From: Squalus acanthias
Lineage: Eukaryota
Direction of reading: 5' to 3'
Assembly (NCBI GenBank): GCA_030390025.1
Contig: CM059425.1
Span: 30,320,001-30,384,000 of the forward strand
Length of the DNA: 64,000 nt
Position 1 is the stretch's first letter, and each line of letters begins with the position of its first letter. Of the stretch, positions 62,083 to 64,000 are shown piece by piece. A model generated the notes under the pieces. It did not search any database, was not told where the DNA came from, and was given only the letters and a program-made list of their open reading frames with translations. The translations under genes were made by a program, and so were the position numbers.

Positions 62083-63354
62083 ATTACATTTTAAACAGAG
62101 ATCATAAAGCTACCACTTGCCTTAAACACATTACAAACATATTTTTATTTCGGCAGAAGTCGGAAAGTCTGGGAATCAAAGATCCTTAGTTTCTTGGGCT
62201 GTGATTCACACTGACTAGACACCTGCTTTAGAGAGTAAAGATAGTTGAGACAGTGTAGCTCCCTGGCTGAAGAAAAGAGAATGTGTTTAAAATCTTCAAT
62301 CATGTCAAGTTTCTCCTTGAACAATTGTTAGAAACAGAGCCTGCTACCTCTCAGTTCTGTACACTGATGAAATTTTGCCCAAACCAGCCCCTTGTTTAAA
62401 TTTCCATCACTATGGTAATGGAGTACCAGAGCAAATTAACTTGAGATAGACTGGTACTCTAATAAAAAGTCACTTAACCTGCCCTCAAGATAACAGGAGG
62501 AGGCTTCTTCATTACTACCAGCTGTACCCCCTTCTGACTTTGATTTCATGCAGTCAGATAGCATTGTACACAATAACCCAGCATGTATGAATGAAAAAGA
62601 ACATTAAGCCAGGCACTGAATTAACCATCACTCCACTAAAGAGCCGTTATTACAAATCCCCGGCAATATTACTCTTTTTATAGTACTGAAATCTACCTTT
62701 TATCTATGCCCTTACAAATTGATATGCCAGCCATTCCGTTTTAAGGAGGTTGTTAGTATGAATCTCTGTAAGAGGAGTATTTTGTCAATTATACTGATAG
62801 AAATTAGTATGCACTGCAACAGGATTCAGCACTTATCACTCATCAAGGTGAACCTGACAGTTCAATCTCAGGGTCCTGATCAGAAGAATTGTGCAGCGGT
62901 TCATCACTTTCATATTTTTAAAACAAAACCAATCATTCGCTAAGCAACCGATAATAATTCATGTCCGTCCCCTTGGGGAATAGGTGAAGACTTGTAGAAA
63001 ACTGCTACAATGTATCACTGGATGATTACTCAAAATTTGTTTACTGTTAATTAAAAATAACAATTAGCATCTCGAATTGAAAAATAATTACATTGTCGTC
63101 ACTCAGTAGCACATGCCATGGGTTAAATTGTATTTAGCAAGGCATATAATAGAACTAATTGTAAGGCAAGTGATACTCATCAATGACAAGGGTACATTAC
63201 AACAGCGTGCTCACTAGCTTATATGGTGAATGCTGTAACAAGCAACACCAGCCTTTCCATCAGCTTGCTTCTTGGGTGAACTCATCTCCGGGTTTCTTTC
63301 TCCCAGGCAACTGAATATTCTATCCCATAGAACCAATGTCGCTGTTCACTCCAT

Positions 63355-64000
63355 GGGGGAAAAATTCAGTTGGTTGCGCCTCCCGTTAGCGTATTAAGAG
63401 GGCGCTAATGGGGCGCAAAGCAACTAGCGCCTGGGCGCAGCGATGTTTGCGCCGCTCGCGAACTTAACTAGACATTTTGCGGTGGCGCTAAACTTTACCG
63501 CCGCGATCTCCTGCGCACGCAGATCTTGACGTCATACGAGGGTGCAACGCCCTTGTGGCGCCCCGGAGCGGAAATTGAGTGGCGCCCCCATCCTTTCCAC
63601 CTGGCGCAACCAACGACTGGAAGACTGGAACGCTACCAGTCGCTGTGGGGCTGGGGGGGGCGTTATTTAAAGGGGGCCTCTTCCTGTCTTTCTCTGTGGT
63701 TGACATTTTTGCACCACTCGTTCTGAGAGAGAGAGAGAGAGATTCGGAGAGAGAGAAAGAGAGACTTCTGCATTGAGTCAACGCTGTGTGAGGTAGTTTT
63801 GGCTACTGATCATAACTTTGCAGGTACTTCATAACTTTGATTGCTAAGAGACTATGGGGGCTGCACTGATTGGGGGCGTCGTCCTGCGCCACCAGAATCG
63901 GAGGACACAGAGACGCAGAGAGAGAGTGGCAATCATGGCCAGACGGAGGAGGGCCAACAGGCCTCTGTACAGGAGACCTTACCCTCCCAGGGTATATCGT
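63355..64000 (+). mobile_element. Left end of a Harbinger transposon, continuing beyond the window
   Basis: TIR GGGGGAAAAATTC and a CpG-rich subterminal region homologous to 7754-8253. Confidence 0.88.
63854..64000 (+). CDS. Harbinger transposase N-terminus (49 codons, open to the window end)
   Basis: MGAALIGGVVLRHQNRRTQRRRERVAIMARRRRANRPLYRRPYPPRVYR matches RGRRAN-PPKVFR at the start of the transposase at 40049. Confidence 0.75.
   Translation, partial: MGAALIGGVVLRHQNRRTQRRRERVAIMARRRRANRPLYRRPYPPRVYR

Overview
Vertebrate, repeat-dominated, intergenic or deep-intronic DNA. A cartilaginous fish (shark) is the most likely source, inferred from dense CR1 LINEs, an HE1-type V-SINE and SacSINE1-type Deu-SINEs. 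I found no host protein-coding exon I can support, and every long ORF in the supplied track traces to a transposable element. The window holds CR1 LINEs of several subfamilies, a CR1-group (Zenon/Crack-like) LINE, L2, RTE, Penelope-like elements with minimal hammerhead ribozyme motifs, a decayed Gypsy element and a 1080-bp solo LTR. It also holds many PIF/Harbinger elements. One of these is a reconstructable two-gene Harbinger (DDE transposase plus a convergent three-exon Myb/SANT gene); a matching deletion derivative, many MITEs with 3-bp TSDs and a possibly intact copy running off the right edge are also present. I cannot claim a wholly new biological system. The best leads are the Penelope palindrome with ribozymes, the Harbinger family reconstruction, the solo LTR with an internalised terminus and a 15-bp-periodic E-box array. 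All alignments were done by eye, so family names need database confirmation.
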